DNA of 64,000 bases from Chthonomonadales bacterium (GTDB taxonomy: Bacteria; Armatimonadota; Chthonomonadetes; Chthonomonadales; CAJBBX01), in contig JBBIPC010000007.1 of assembly GCA_037443035.1 (NCBI GenBank), forward strand, positions 1 through 64,000. The letters are read 5' to 3'. Position numbers and translations under genes: made by a program. Positions 47,544 through 56,978 of the stretch are shown one piece after another (position 1 is the first letter of the stretch; each line of letters begins with the position of its first letter). The notes beneath the pieces were generated by a model. That model ran no database searches, was not told the DNA's origin, and saw only the letters and a program-made list of their open reading frames with translations.

Positions 47544-49516
47544 CGACACACAGCGAGACATTCCAGGAGCGTTCGCGTGCTGCGACAGCAGCGGAGTGGA
47601 CGGCGCGCGTGGCGCTTGTGTACAGCGCCGTCGTCCTCGTCCTCATGCTCATCAACGCTGTGGCTGCACGTTCTGCACATCCCATCGAAGTTGCGTCCCT
47701 CGAGGCGCTGCAGCATGATCTGACTGTTCGCCCCGATGACGAGGGGCTCCGGCGACGCGTCAGGCAGGAGGACAAACGCATTCGGCAGGAGTACCTCCGC
47801 CACCGGGATTTCGCAGTGCGAGGGGCATGGCTTCTGCTCGCTGGTATTGCTACGTTCCTTGCCGCCGGCGAATACGCGCGGCGGTTCCAGACTCCAATGC
47901 CCACGCCCCGTCCTGACGCCGCCAGCCGCGCACGTGCGGCGGCCGACGCCACGTTCCGGGCGCTGGTAGCCGTCGGAGGCGTCCTGGCCGGAGCACTCCT
48001 TACCCTGACGGTCCTCTCCAGGCATGACACGGCGGCCGAGTACGTCCGCGCGGCGAGCCGTTCTCCCACGCAAGCCGGTGGGATGATGCCCGGTGGTTTG
48101 CCTCCGACGACCGGCCAGCAGGCAGCCACGGGTCTACCTGTCGCTACCGGTCCCGAACTTGCCAGCCCAGTCAGCGGATCCACAGGTATGCCAACGCCGC
48201 GACCTTCTGGTGGTAGGCTATCCGGTCCCGGTACCGTCATGATGCCTCTGCAGGGGCCGTCCAAGCGCCCGACACCGGCGGGCGGCGTTGCTTCGGAACT
48301 ACTGCGGCGCCCCCTGCCGAAGGTCGAGCCTTCTACGGCGCCTGGTTGGGAACGGAACTGGCCGAGGTTTCGTGGACCGGCGGGCACTGGAATCGCGTTT
48401 GGCGCAAATCCGCCGCTCCAGTGGAACGGTCAGACCGGCGAAGGCATCCTCTGGAAGACGAAGCTCCCTCTGCCAGGCTGGAACTCTCCCATCGTGTGGG
48501 AAGGACGCATCATCTGCAGCGGTGCGGACGAGACCCATCGAGAAGTCTACTGTCTCGACCTCTCCACGGGCGCCATCGTCTGGAAGACGACTGTACCATC
48601 TTCGGGTGGCGCCGCTCCGAAAGTCCAGGCCGACACCGGCTATGCGCCATCCACGCTCGCCACCGACGGAGCACGCATCGTGGCTGTCTTCGTCAATGGA
48701 GATGTGGCATGCCTGGACATGAGCGGCAAGCTGCTCTGGAAGCGCAGTTTCGGTCCGATGGAAAACCCCTACGGACATGCGTCGTCCCCCGTCGTCTTCG
48801 GATCGGGGGTAATCCTCCAGCTCGACCAGGGACACGGCGCCGAGGACGGCAAGTCCGCGCTCCTGGCCCTCGACCTTGTCAGCGGGAAGACGGTCTGGCA
48901 GATCCAGCGACCCGTGGGCGCATCGTGGAGCACGCCCATCCTGATCACGGTGAACGGCAAGGAGCAGCTCGTCACTACCGCGAACCCCTGGGTCATCGCC
49001 TATGATCCCCACGACGGTACCGAGCTGTGGCGCGCCGAGTGTCTCGGCGGAGAAGTGGCCGTATCTCCCGTGACTGCGCAAGGCTATGTCGTTGTGGCGA
49101 ACCAGGGATCGAACTCGGCTGCCATCAGGCCCGACGGCCGGGGCGACGTCAGCAAGTTGGCCGTGGCGTGGACGGCGGGCGACGGTCTGCCTGACATTGT
49201 CAGTCCTCTTGCGTTCCAGGATCTCACCCTGCTGGTCACAACGGAAGGCTTCCTGACCTGCATCGAGACGAAGACTGGCAAGAGAGTCTGGGAAGAAGAC
49301 CTGGGCGTCACCGTGCGCGCGTCGCCTGTCCTGGCCGGCGGCCGAGTCTACCTGCTCGATGCCAGCGGCACGATGCACATTCTCCAACCCGGCCGGACGT
49401 TCAAACTCATAGGACGGTGTCCCTTGGGTGAAGCTGCCAATGCTACGCCTGCGTTCGTGGCCGATCGGATCGTAATCCGCACCCGGCAACACATCGTCTG
49501 CGTGGGCTCCCGATGA
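47540..49516 (+). CDS. Three-TM membrane protein with Pro-rich linker and PQQ-binding-like (BamB-type) beta-propeller
   Basis: ATGA overlap start at 47540; TM helices; NWPRFRGP, ILWKT.LP..GWNSPIVW, YGHASSP, SWSTP, ASPV, ATPAF. Confidence 0.82.
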   Translation: MTTHSETFQERSRAATAAEWTARVALVYSAVVLVLMLINAVAARSAHPIEVASLEALQHDLTVRPDDEGLRRRVRQEDKRIRQEYLRHRDFAVRGAWLLLAGIATFLAAGEYARRFQTPMPTPRPDAASRARAAADATFRALVAVGGVLAGALLTLTVLSRHDTAAEYVRAASRSPTQAGGMMPGGLPPTTGQQAATGLPVATGPELASPVSGSTGMPTPRPSGGRLSGPGTVMMPLQGPSKRPTPAGGVASELLRRPLPKVEPSTAPGWERNWPRFRGPAGTGIAFGANPPLQWNGQTGEGILWKTKLPLPGWNSPIVWEGRIICSGADETHREVYCLDLSTGAIVWKTTVPSSGGAAPKVQADTGYAPSTLATDGARIVAVFVNGDVACLDMSGKLLWKRSFGPMENPYGHASSPVVFGSGVILQLDQGHGAEDGKSALLALDLVSGKTVWQIQRPVGASWSTPILITVNGKEQLVTTANPWVIAYDPHDGTELWRAECLGGEVAVSPVTAQGYVVVANQGSNSAAIRPDGRGDVSKLAVAWTAGDGLPDIVSPLAFQDLTLLVTTEGFLTCIETKTGKRVWEEDLGVTVRASPVLAGGRVYLLDASGTMHILQPGRTFKLIGRCPLGEAANATPAFVADRIVIRTRQHIVCVGSR

Positions 49517-52011
49517 TCCGCCTACTTGGACGTAGAGGGCGTCCCGACCGGACCATCGGCAGCGCCGGTGGCTCCAGACACATGGCACCGGCACCGGAAC
49601 CGCCGCCACCTGGCAAGTTCGTCGAAGACTTGGTCGGAGAACTCGGTCGAGGTCAGGAAGCTCTCATACCTATCCTCCAGGCCATCCAGAAACGCTACCG
49701 GTATCTACCCGAGGAGGCTCTCCATCGGATCTGCGAACTGACGGATATCACGCCAACAGACCTCATGGGTGCGGCAACCTTCTATTCTCAGTTCCGGCTC
49801 GAGCCTGTGGGTCGCCACATCGTCAGCGTCTGCCACGGCACGGCCTGCCACGTGAAGGGTTCCGAGCTTGTGGACGATGGTCTGCGGCGTTACCTCCGCT
49901 TAGGAGAGGGTCAGGACACCGACCGAGATGGCGTTTTCACCGTGAAGAGAGTCGCATGCGTTGGGTGCTGCACTCTCGCTCCCGTGATACAGATTGACGG
50001 CCTCACCTACGGCCACATGAGCTCGGAGACCGTCGGCAAAGCCCTCGAGGACTACCTCTCGCTGGAGCGACGCGGCGAAGTACCTTCGGCCACGAGCGAC
50101 ACCTACGGCGGCAACATGGGCGAGGTTCGGCTTGCCCTGGACTCCTGCTGCATCGCTGGCGGGACCATGCGCGTCCGGGATGCCGTCGCTAAGGCCATCG
50201 CCGACGTTGGCGCACCCGCCGTTGTTCGGGGTATCTCCTGCAGCGGGCTGTGTCACCAGATCCCGCTCGTGGAAGTAGCAGTACCGGGCAGGCCCATCGT
50301 TACCTACGCCCGATTCGATCCTGCCGACGCAGAAGGTCTGGTCAGGCGCCACTTTCGCCCCACTCGGTTCTCGGACCGCTTGAGAGCGACTGCCACCACT
50401 CTGCTGGATGGCTTGCTGGCAGACGATGCGCGGCAGCCTCTGACACGCTACGCACTGGACACACGCGATCCCATGCTCTGCGCGTATCTCGGTCCCCAGA
50501 AGCGGATCGCCATGGAGCATGCCGGTGAGTATCCGCCCTTGGACCTGGAAGCCTACGCGAGTCGAGGAGGTTTCAGCGCTCTTCGCCGATGCGTCGCTGC
50601 AATGACTCCGGAACAGGTGATCGGCGAGGTGAAGAGGAGCGGTCTGCGGGGCCGCGGCGGAGCCGGTTTTCCAACGGGTCTGAAGTGGGAGAAGGTACGC
50701 GCCGCAGGTGGTACACCCAAGTACGTCATCTGCAACGGCGACGAGGGCGATCCTGGCGCATTCATGGATCGGATGCTGCTGGAGTCGTTCCCGTTCCGCG
50801 TGCTGGAGGGTATTGCCATCGCGGCTTATGCAGTAGGTGCAGAAGAGGGTGTGCTGTATATACGCGCCGAGTACCCTTACGCCGTGGAGAGAATCCGTCG
50901 TGCCATCGCCATGTGCGAGGAGCGAGGTCTGTTCCATCTTGGGTCGGACGGCCGACCTGCTAAGAGCACGACGAGCGACGGGCACGGCAGCTTTCGCCTC
51001 CGGCTCCGGGTCATGGAGGGGGCAGGCGCGTTCGTCTGCGGGGAGGAGACCGCCCTGATCGCTTCCATTGAGGGGCGGCGCGGCGTACCGACGCTGCGTC
51101 CCCCGTACCCGTCCGAGAGCGGGCTATGGGGAAAGCCCACGTCCATCAACAACGTGGAGACGTACGCCCTTGTACCGTGGATACTCCGCAACGGCGCAGA
51201 GGCGTTCGCCGCCATCGGCACCGAGAACAGCAAGGGGACCAAGGTGTTCGCACTGGCAGGGAAGGTGCGCCGCGGCGGGTTGATCGAGGTGCCCATGGGA
51301 GTAACGATCCGCACCATCGTGGAAGATATCGGCGGAGGGGTACCCGAGGGTTCCCACTTCAAAGCGGTGCAGATCGGTGGCCCATCCGGCGGATGCCTTC
51401 CGGCGAGCCTGGCGGACACGCCCGTGGACTACGATGCCCTCCGGTCCGTGGGGACCATCATGGGTTCCGGCGGCATGGTGGTTCTCGACGATCGTACCTG
51501 CATGGTGGACATCGCCCGCTATTTCCTCGCGTTCACGCAAGCGGAGTCCTGCGGAAAGTGCACGTTCTGCCGCCTGGGAACGAAGCGCATGCTGGAGATC
51601 CTCGAACGCATGTGCACAGGCCGAGGCCGTCGCGGAGATATCGAGAAGCTGGAGGAGCTGAGCCGGATGGTCCAGCAAGGCAGCCTCTGTGGCCTCGGTC
51701 AGACAGCGCCTAACCCAGTCCTGACCGGCATCCGGTACTTCCGCGAGGAGTACGAAGCCCATCTCGATGGCAAGTGTCCGGCCGGTGCCTGCAAGGAGCT
51801 GATCCGATACGAGATCACCGAGGACTGCATCGGCTGTACGCTCTGCGCGCAGCAGTGCCCGGTCGATGCCATCGCGTTGCGGCCATTCGCTCGCCACGTG
51901 ATCGCAGACGAGAAGTGCACGCGATGCGACACCTGCCGGAAGCAGTGCCCCGAGGACGCCATTGTCATTCTGTCCGGCGGCGAACGTGTCGTGACGGGCA
52001 GGAGAGGGTGA
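49513..52011 (+). CDS. Fused NuoE-NuoF (HydC-HydB-like) FMN/Fe-S NADH-binding subunit
   Basis: CHGTACHVKG..CVGCC (NuoE 2Fe-2S); second thioredoxin-like Cys set; SGLRGRGGAGFPTG, CNGDEGDPGAFMDR, GAFVCGEETAL, QIGGPSGGC, ESCGKCTFCR, SLCGLG, H...KCPAGAC; two C-terminal 4Fe-4S motifs. Confidence 0.92.
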   Translation: MIRLLGRRGRPDRTIGSAGGSRHMAPAPEPPPPGKFVEDLVGELGRGQEALIPILQAIQKRYRYLPEEALHRICELTDITPTDLMGAATFYSQFRLEPVGRHIVSVCHGTACHVKGSELVDDGLRRYLRLGEGQDTDRDGVFTVKRVACVGCCTLAPVIQIDGLTYGHMSSETVGKALEDYLSLERRGEVPSATSDTYGGNMGEVRLALDSCCIAGGTMRVRDAVAKAIADVGAPAVVRGISCSGLCHQIPLVEVAVPGRPIVTYARFDPADAEGLVRRHFRPTRFSDRLRATATTLLDGLLADDARQPLTRYALDTRDPMLCAYLGPQKRIAMEHAGEYPPLDLEAYASRGGFSALRRCVAAMTPEQVIGEVKRSGLRGRGGAGFPTGLKWEKVRAAGGTPKYVICNGDEGDPGAFMDRMLLESFPFRVLEGIAIAAYAVGAEEGVLYIRAEYPYAVERIRRAIAMCEERGLFHLGSDGRPAKSTTSDGHGSFRLRLRVMEGAGAFVCGEETALIASIEGRRGVPTLRPPYPSESGLWGKPTSINNVETYALVPWILRNGAEAFAAIGTENSKGTKVFALAGKVRRGGLIEVPMGVTIRTIVEDIGGGVPEGSHFKAVQIGGPSGGCLPASLADTPVDYDALRSVGTIMGSGGMVVLDDRTCMVDIARYFLAFTQAESCGKCTFCRLGTKRMLEILERMCTGRGRRGDIEKLEELSRMVQQGSLCGLGQTAPNPVLTGIRYFREEYEAHLDGKCPAGACKELIRYEITEDCIGCTLCAQQCPVDAIALRPFARHVIADEKCTRCDTCRKQCPEDAIVILSGGERVVTGRRG

Positions 52012-52024
52012 GGGAGGAGATCCA

Positions 52025-53593
52025 ATGCCTGATCTCACCATAGACGGGCGGACGGTGCACGCACCGGAAGGAGCGACCATCCTCGAGGCGGCGGCATTGG
52101 CCGACATCGAGATACCGACTCTCTGCTACCTGCCGCACAAGCCTCCCCAGACCTCGTGTTTCCTCTGCGTAGTCCGCGTAGAGGGGACGTCGCGCCTCCT
52201 ACCGGCGTGCGCCACGCGTGTATCCGACGGCATGGTAGTCCACAACGAGTGCGACGAAGTGCGCGCCGCCAGGCGGACGGCCATCGAATTGCTGTTGAGC
52301 GATCACCTGGGCGACTGTGTGGGGCCATGCCAAAGCGTCTGTCCAGCCCATATGGACATCCCACAGATGATGGCCTTGACCGCTCGAGGACGCTTCAGGG
52401 AAGCGCTCATCGTTGTCAAGGAGGCGATACCCCTGCCCGCGGTTCTCGGCCGGATATGCCCTGAGTTATGCGAGAAGGGGTGCCGTCGGGCATCGTACGA
52501 CGCTCCGCTCTCCGTCTGCCTAACGAAACGATTCGTGGCGGACTACGACCTGGCGAGCGACCATCCCTACATGCCGGAGTGCGCTCCTCCGACGGGCAAG
52601 CGGGTAGCTGTCATCGGCTCCGGTCCCGCAGGGCTGTCGGCGGCGTATTACCTGAGGCGTGCTGGGCATGCGTGTGTCGTATTCGATGAGCATGAAGCCC
52701 TCGGAGGCATGCTCCGGTACGGCGTGTCTCGTGACGTTCTACCAGAGCAGGTCCTGGACAACGAGATCGAGATTATCCGGCGTATGGGGGTCGTCTTCGT
52801 TCCCCGTACGCGCATCGGCCGTGACGCTTCGCTGCTGGAGATGAAACGCGAGTATGATGCGATCCTTCTTGCGGTAGGAGACGTGCGAGACGGAAGGAAC
52901 GAGTGGGCATCCCTCGCCTTCGGTCCTCAAGGACTGCAGGTGGATCGTGCTTCGATGATGACGTCCATGGAGGGCGTCTTCGCAGCGGGTGGCGCACTGC
53001 TACCCCTGAAGCACGCGGTCCGGGCCGTGGCGGACGGACGCGCGGCTGCATATGCTATCAGCGAGTACCTCGTGGGATCACCTGTAGGTACGGTAGATCC
53101 CGGTTTCAGTGTGCATATCGGAAAGCTGGACGCGCAGGAGGTTCTCCCGTTTCTCCGCTTCGGCACGCCGGACGGCCGCCAGTCACCGTCTAGCCAGGAC
53201 GGCGGTTTCACTCCCGAGGAGGTCCAGCGGGAATCTCGCCGGTGCCTGCAATGTGCATGTTCGGCCGCATCCCGCTGCCGTCTCAGGATGTTCGCTCAGC
53301 GGTACGACGCCCAGCCGCTTCGCTACAGCGGTGAGAGACGCGGTATGGGCATAGACGACAGCCACCCGGACATCCTCTTCGATTCGGGCAAGTGCATTGC
53401 GTGCGGCATTTGTGTGCGCATCGCAGCAGAGGCGCACGAGAAGCTCGGCATAGGCTTCGTAGGCAGAGGATTCGGGGTACGAACCGCAGCACCCTTCCAC
53501 GCCGCCATGGTGGACGGGCTACGAGAGGTGGCCCTCGCCTGCGCCGATGCTTGCCCCACAGGAGCCCTAGTGCGCCGAACGACGCTCCCCTAG
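52025..53593 (+). CDS. NuoG/HydA N-terminal Fe-S domains fused to a shortened GltD/NfnB-like FAD domain and a terminal 4Fe-4S domain
   Basis: IPTLCY..SCFLC..PACAT; SDHLGDCVGPCQSVCP; LGRICPELCEKGCRR; VAVIGSGPAGL; TSMEGVFAAG; RCLQCAC..C; CIACGIC..CPTGAL. Confidence 0.85.
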   Translation: MPDLTIDGRTVHAPEGATILEAAALADIEIPTLCYLPHKPPQTSCFLCVVRVEGTSRLLPACATRVSDGMVVHNECDEVRAARRTAIELLLSDHLGDCVGPCQSVCPAHMDIPQMMALTARGRFREALIVVKEAIPLPAVLGRICPELCEKGCRRASYDAPLSVCLTKRFVADYDLASDHPYMPECAPPTGKRVAVIGSGPAGLSAAYYLRRAGHACVVFDEHEALGGMLRYGVSRDVLPEQVLDNEIEIIRRMGVVFVPRTRIGRDASLLEMKREYDAILLAVGDVRDGRNEWASLAFGPQGLQVDRASMMTSMEGVFAAGGALLPLKHAVRAVADGRAAAYAISEYLVGSPVGTVDPGFSVHIGKLDAQEVLPFLRFGTPDGRQSPSSQDGGFTPEEVQRESRRCLQCACSAASRCRLRMFAQRYDAQPLRYSGERRGMGIDDSHPDILFDSGKCIACGICVRIAAEAHEKLGIGFVGRGFGVRTAAPFHAAMVDGLREVALACADACPTGALVRRTTLP

Positions 53594-53670
53594 GAGGGGT
53601 TCTCCAGGAAGAGCGTACTCCGAAACGTCTCCCGGACTACGAGCGCCAACTTCTTACCAGAAGACAGCCC

Positions 53671-53707
53671 TCTGCGGGGGACGCCGGTCTTGGACATCCC
53701 CCGCAGA
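53671..53707. terminator. Strong hairpin between convergent genes (possible bidirectional terminator)
   Basis: TCTGCGGGGGA (53671-53681) and TCCCCCGCAGA (53697-53707) form a perfect 11-bp stem; no clear U-tract. Confidence 0.5.
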
Positions 53708-53734
53708 ACCAGCTTCAGGTTGTGAGTCTGACGA

Positions 53735-54886
53735 CTAGTCGCAGTCGGGACATCCGCCAGGTGCGCCCGTGTTGGACGGCCGCAACCAGTAGATGACGTG
53801 CGTTATGTTGCCGTTGGTCGTCTGCGAGTAGACGCCCTTGTCCTCGTAGTAGTCCAGCTTGGCCTCGACCCAGTACGGTCCAGGCGGAGGTACCACGAAG
53901 GCGGCAATGCCCTGCGTTGATGTGATGCCGCGCGCCTGCCACGCACCTCGATCACGCCGCACGCGAACCATGGCTCCGCAGACGGGCACCATGGGGCTCA
54001 CGGTCGGATCCTCCACCACCTCTACGATAATGTAGTGGGTAGTGCTGGGATAGGTGTTGATGGCCCACCATGAGAAGTGTGTCACCTGGGCGCGGTACAC
54101 GGCCGGGCTGACGGTGTCGTCTCGAGTCGCCATCGCCTCGACGATCCAACGGCCTGTTGCCTTATCGAGCGACCAGACAGGTACGGTGGGCGTTCCCGGA
54201 TCATGCCCAGGCGTGATGGGGAACTCCACCGTGGCAGGCTTCGCCGGGTCCAGTCGGGCCGGCTGACCCGTGGAGTCCTTCAGCGCTACGTTCACGACAC
54301 CATGACTGAACAGCGGCACTTCGCCACCACCGACGACCCCGACGAAGAGACTCGGGTACGCATAGTTGAAGCGAGCGTCCTCCGGTGAGGCAGTTGTGAT
54401 GGAAACAACCGGATTCGCCACAGGCGCCCCGGACGCATCCACAACGCTGTTGGCAGGGAACGTGATCTTGCAGTTCAGCCCGTCAGCACGATTGTCCTCG
54501 ACCACGCTGTCCTGGGTGCCATCCATGTTGATCGTCGCGCCTGACTTGAAGAGCACGACGTCCATGGTTGACCAGCGCCCGTTCTCCACTTTCGCTACGG
54601 CTACGGATTCGGCGTAGCTCGGCTTGGAGTAGGTGACGGTGAACTCCTGGGTGCCGGACGGGACGCCTTTGAGGACGTACAGACCGGCGCTGTTCGTGGT
54701 TGTCGTGACGGCCGGATTGGATGCCAGGCTGACCGTGACGCCCGCGATAGGCAGGTCGGAAGTGTCTGTAACCTTGCCCATCAGGCGCGGGCTCCGTGTG
54801 GAAGAGCCACCGCCGCCGCATCCGGCCAACGCTAGGACAGCCACGGCGGCTGCAACGACAACGAGTGCGATTGTGCCTTTCTTCAT
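53735..54886 (-). CDS. Lipoprotein with carboxypeptidase-regulatory-like beta-sandwiches and a ZU5-like domain
   Basis: MKK..LALAGC lipobox; GKVTD..PIAGVTV..TNSAGLY; VWSLDKATGRW..VTHFSWW; GGAGG RBS before ATG 54886. Confidence 0.7.
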   Translation of the reverse strand: MKKGTIALVVVAAAVAVLALAGCGGGGSSTRSPRLMGKVTDTSDLPIAGVTVSLASNPAVTTTTNSAGLYVLKGVPSGTQEFTVTYSKPSYAESVAVAKVENGRWSTMDVVLFKSGATINMDGTQDSVVEDNRADGLNCKITFPANSVVDASGAPVANPVVSITTASPEDARFNYAYPSLFVGVVGGGEVPLFSHGVVNVALKDSTGQPARLDPAKPATVEFPITPGHDPGTPTVPVWSLDKATGRWIVEAMATRDDTVSPAVYRAQVTHFSWWAINTYPSTTHYIIVEVVEDPTVSPMVPVCGAMVRVRRDRGAWQARGITSTQGIAAFVVPPPGPYWVEAKLDYYEDKGVYSQTTNGNITHVIYWLRPSNTGAPGGCPDCD

Positions 54887-54918
54887 CTGTGTGTGACCTC
54901 CTTGGCTGCCGACCCTGA

Positions 54919-56820
54919 TCATTGTCCGGGCCACCAACCGCTCTCCGGAACGAACCGGTAGCGATCAAGAAACGTATTGCGCAAGTCGGGCCCGAGCGAA
55001 AGCTCCCGAGCCGTGATGTCCTCCAAGTACAGATAGTTGACGCCTTCGATGATGCTGCGCAACTGCTGTTCGACGTAGTCCTCCAGCCGCACCCTCACAC
55101 GCTGGGGTGGTTGCGGCTGGCGGCGCGGGCTCAGCGGCATGCTGAGCGTGATCTGGACAAGGCGGCTCGTGGACGTATCCCGTACCCCGATTCCCAGCTC
55201 CACAGAGCCGAACTGACGAATGAAATCCACGCCGACGCCAGTGTCGGCGGTAAGGAAGCGGCCGCCCAGCAAGCGGATCTGCGACTTCCATTGTGGCAGG
55301 AAATGCCAGTATTCCAGCAACCAGTACAGCCGCTTGTCCAACCGGTCGTGGTTAATGCGTCCGAATACGCCATGGACGAGGCTCCGACTGCTCAGTGGCC
55401 TCAGCGCCTCCACCACGACACCGTCAGCAGACCTGGGGAACTTGCCGGCGATGACCTGCGCGAGCCATCGTGGGCGCGGTGAAAACGCGTAGGAGACCAC
55501 GGCACGATCGTTGCGCCATCGGCGCGGCTCCTCATCCACCAGCTCCCCACCGAGCGGGTAGATCCATCGGGCCTGAGCTTGAGCGCCACGGCCTAATGGC
55601 GCCACCACCTCCACCCTGCCGAAGACACCGATCTGAAATACGTCCGTCTCCGTACCCAGCACGGTTCGCATGCCCGGGCTCAACACGACATCCACATGCC
55701 CGAAGGAGCTGTTGGCGACGGCAGTTTCCTGCTGTGGCCCCCGCATCTCGCCGGTTGGAGGCAATAAAGTCACTTCGCTCGCCTCTCGCATGTCTGCAGG
55801 AGTCGCGTCGCCGGCTGCGTAGCGCTTGAATGTCTCCAGGGGAACCCGGTACTCGGCCATGACCAGAGCACGCCGTCGCAGTCGTACCACCAAAGCCACT
55901 GTGTTCGGGGGCGCGTTCTCAGCCATGACCTTCAGGACATCAGGAAGGCCATCGAGCTGATTCACTGTGAAGCAGCGGTCATCGTAGGCAACGGCTAGCT
56001 CCGAGTTCTCGCCGATGAGGGTGGCCGAGACCTGGACATCCTCGAACCCGGATTTCACCAACGCCTCTTTGATGCGCTCCATGGCCTCGCTGATGGTGCC
56101 CTCGGGCGGCTTCCGTGCGGGGGGCTCCAGCTTGCGCGGAGGCAGGTAGGCCATGGGCCAGCTAAAGCCAACTGTAGCTGTTGTACCGGTACTGAGGTTG
56201 GCAACACGGGCGAAGGCGCGGTCGCCCAGTGCAGCGACGATACCGTAGTTCACCCGCTCTGTATCGTACTCCGCCTGAAGCTCGATGGCGTTGCCGAGGC
56301 GAACCTGCAAGCCAGCCAGCAGCCCGTGGTTGCCACTGAACGCTCCACCCAGGGTAAGGCCCACCTGATTGTCCAAGAGTGGCCACGTGGCAACTAGGAA
56401 GCCCGTGGAGCCCTTGGGACCATTGCGCGCCACGTCCACCACGCCAAGCGCTACGGCCGGCATGGAGCCCGAGGCGTTCAGCAGGTTCACCTTCCCATGG
56501 CCAGCCAAGTCGAAATCCTGCGACGCAGGTCCCAGGGAGAAGGCGAACTCGGTGTGTGGAATGACGCCCGCTACGGCAGCGAAGGAGCTCCTGGCCCCGA
56601 TGGAGACAGGTCCCATGCCCATGGGAGGTGTATAGACGAATCTCGCATGTTCCTGCCTCAGCACGAACGCGTTCGGCACCCGGATAAGACCCGTCAGGCC
56701 TGTGAGACTCGCCGTGCGGTCCAGGCCGCTACCGGAAGGTTGGGCGTAGCAGGACACGCCGCTTCCCAACGCCAGCGACACCAGAAGCAACTCCCCTACT
56801 GCGTAGAGGATTCCACGCAT
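54919..56820 (-). CDS. YjbH/GfcD-like outer-membrane protein
   Basis: Signal peptide; SLTGLTGLIRVPNA N-terminal YjbH motif; AEYD; GRFLTADTG.GVDF.RQFG beta-barrel strands. Confidence 0.75.
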   Translation of the reverse strand: MRGILYAVGELLLVSLALGSGVSCYAQPSGSGLDRTASLTGLTGLIRVPNAFVLRQEHARFVYTPPMGMGPVSIGARSSFAAVAGVIPHTEFAFSLGPASQDFDLAGHGKVNLLNASGSMPAVALGVVDVARNGPKGSTGFLVATWPLLDNQVGLTLGGAFSGNHGLLAGLQVRLGNAIELQAEYDTERVNYGIVAALGDRAFARVANLSTGTTATVGFSWPMAYLPPRKLEPPARKPPEGTISEAMERIKEALVKSGFEDVQVSATLIGENSELAVAYDDRCFTVNQLDGLPDVLKVMAENAPPNTVALVVRLRRRALVMAEYRVPLETFKRYAAGDATPADMREASEVTLLPPTGEMRGPQQETAVANSSFGHVDVVLSPGMRTVLGTETDVFQIGVFGRVEVVAPLGRGAQAQARWIYPLGGELVDEEPRRWRNDRAVVSYAFSPRPRWLAQVIAGKFPRSADGVVVEALRPLSSRSLVHGVFGRINHDRLDKRLYWLLEYWHFLPQWKSQIRLLGGRFLTADTGVGVDFIRQFGSVELGIGVRDTSTSRLVQITLSMPLSPRRQPQPPQRVRVRLEDYVEQQLRSIIEGVNYLYLEDITARELSLGPDLRNTFLDRYRFVPESGWWPGQ

Positions 56821-56872
56821 GCGTTACGTCCTTCCCCTCCGCACCCGGGCAAAGCCCGCCTGCTAATGCCTA

Positions 56873-56901
56873 ATAGTAACACGAGACCTCTCCACTGTCA
56901 A
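56873..56901 (-). promoter_or_regulatory. sigma70 promoter for the yjbH-like/lipoprotein unit
   Basis: Minus strand TTGACA (56901-56896), 17 nt, TACTAT (56878-56873) with extended TG. Confidence 0.7.
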
Positions 56902-56978
56902 GGGAGAAGCCGACAATAACGATAGACGCCACCTGGCGCAAGGCTGGCCCCTGCGTCGGGTGGCATCTCAGGGCAGTG

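Noticed and set aside
43022..49516. bamB or a true PQQ dehydrogenase call for the propellers
   Set aside because: They have TM anchors rather than an outer-membrane lipobox, and I cannot identify quinoprotein catalytic motifs; only the fold is supported.
49513..53593. Respiratory complex I (nuoEFG) or FeFe-hydrogenase HydABC
   Set aside because: No other nuo genes, no H-cluster motifs, no Mo/W-binding domain; the third subunit is GltD-like.
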